Source of the DNA: Tubiluchus corallicola
Lineage: Eukaryota > Animalia > Priapulida
DNA length: 42,682 nt
NCBI GenBank assembly: GCA_030141605.1
Contig: JAQGDQ010001400.1
Span: forward strand, 1-42,682
Reading direction: 5' to 3'
Below are positions 25,156-42,682 of the stretch, in pieces. The translations under genes and the position numbers were made by a program. The notes beneath the pieces were generated by a model. It was not told the DNA's origin, ran no database searches, and saw nothing but the letters and a program-made list of their open reading frames with translations. Each line of letters opens with the position of its first letter. The stretch's first letter is position 1.

Positions 25156-25697
25156 TTAAAAGGAAAAACCAAGTCTTCTAGGAGGTCAGGCTTATTTCTA
25201 TGTTCCCAAGGATTTAGTAATAAAACTGCAATAAGTGTCTCGTGTAATTAGTAAAATCACTTTAAAGTCGCGATCATTTCACGATGGGCGCTCCCATTTT
25301 CAATGCCCATTCTGCTTCCAACGACGTCATTCGTCTTCAAGAAAAGTAGCGCACTGTCGATCTTCTTCAAAAGTAAGTTATCACAAAAAATTAGATCGCT
25401 AATTTTGTAATACTTTTGTGTGAACCTTAGGTAAGCTGCAGAAGTTTGAATTAGTTTAAGTACCGCGCGGTTACGGAAAGCCACGATGCGCTTACGAAAA
25501 ATCACGAAGTCTCCCAGTTAGTCATGATTTTCAAGTGAATGGTGGCAACTACCACGCCTGAAAATTTCTATTCAGAGGATGTATATTTTAAATTTATGCT
25601 TTACAGGCAATTCTTTGCAAATTTCTTCGTTATATATTTCTGAGTGATAACAGCAAAATAAACCCAGCATACTGAGTGAGTTGTTATGTCCTCTTTC
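25156..25697 (+). mobile_element. Family B element, second copy (end not amplified)
   Basis: Colinear similarity with 10087-10635. Confidence 0.72.
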
Positions 25698-26543
25698 TGA
25701 CAAAAAGGGAAAGTGAGTTTATAACGTAATCTGTTGCATTAATTGGCTCCTCGAAGTTCCGATGTGACGTGCTGTCCGTTACAGGAAGTGACCATCACGC
25801 AGCCTGGAATATGCAACATCTTTGACAGGCGGGCGACCTTATTTATCCTCAAAATTCTTGAACAGTCCTGTTTATATGATGACCGTTACAAATGCCAATT
25901 AACAACAAACAAAATAACATTAAATTTTAAAAGTTTATTAAATTTTGTCAAAAAATGCAACACAATTTTTGATAAGGTCCGTGCAAAAGTCACTGCATGC
26001 TTTCTGATATGAGTTTCGCTGCCACCAGTTCCCCCTGAGTTCGAAAAGTTAGGTTATTCTGAGTTACTTGCACAAAAGGGCTCGTAATCTCTACATAATT
26101 ATTTTAACATCTGTTTCAAACCTAACTTTCTTTATCATTCAAGCACATTCGAACAAAAACATTTAGGTCTAATTGTATTGCATGGAATGGTTTATGCAAT
26201 AGCAGACTATTCTCACTACTATTATTTTTACAAATCTAATACATTGTCCTAGCTTCCTTGATTTTTCCCGTAAAAGTTCGTAATGTTCTGTTTGTTGGTA
26301 GGTGCTACAGCCACATGATTGTGTTTTTCAGTGTTGCAACTATGCAACCCTGGTTACCAAGGTAACAACATTTCTCCACCAGAGGGCTTTCTGGCAGATT
26401 GCAGTAAGTCGTTATCGAATGCTTCGAATCCGATCTTCAAAAGTTGCCTCTTCCTGATTCTAAGTTCTTTGTTGGGTTTCTAATACGAACTTTACTTCCG
26501 TTAATATAATTTCTTGTATTTTGATGATTGCTGGAAGTCTTGT

Positions 26544-42398
<15,855 letters not shown>

Positions 42399-42616
42399 CT
42401 ATAAAAGATCGCTACTATGAATTTCAAAATAAAAATTAAAGCTAAAAGTGACACAAATAAAGCTGCAGACATCATGTTGCTTTATCACTGTTTTTCCAGA
42501 GTCTTTTTGATTAAAATTTCAGTCTAATATAAATAATATTCAATTCCTCATCAACTTTCTGAATTTCTAGCTTTTCGCACGTTGTACTCTGTACTCATCC
42601 TAGGAAGAAAGTGTGT

Positions 42617-42682
42617 GAGGGAGAAGAGAAGGAGAGAGAAAGAAAAGAGAAAGCGAGAGCGAGAGCGAGAGAGAGACAGAGA
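42617..42682. repeat. GA-rich microsatellite (runs off window)
   Basis: Directly visible. Confidence 0.9.

Overview
AT-rich, intron-rich eukaryotic (invertebrate metazoan-like) genomic DNA, not prokaryotic. Two spliced genes lie in tandem on the minus strand. (1) The 5' part of an Atg1/ULK1/ULK2-family Ser/Thr kinase: 7 coding exons from the ATG at 23396 to 9242; the DFG exon was not found, so the gene probably continues left of the window. (2) The 3' ~930 codons of a large-lipid-transfer-protein-like gene (vitellogenin-N/MTP-like, no VWD domain seen): 11 phase-consistent exons from 42398 to the stop at 26544; its 5' end probably lies right of the window. Introns are filled with MITEs (hAT, piggyBac-like, Tc1/mariner-like, TTAAAG-ended and Harbinger-like families), LINE 3' remnants and many unrelated mini- and microsatellites. 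The most unusual signal is that tandem arrays have been amplified from functional boundaries. A 70-bp array copies an exon end plus its 5' splice site about 18 times. A 62-bp array copies the ULK catalytic-loop exon's 3' splice site. A (TAAGG)n array reads as repeated AG|GTAAG donors. A 72-bp array copies a MITE terminus. Most long ORFs in the supplied track are repeat artefacts. All family assignments come from motif recognition by eye; no database search was run.
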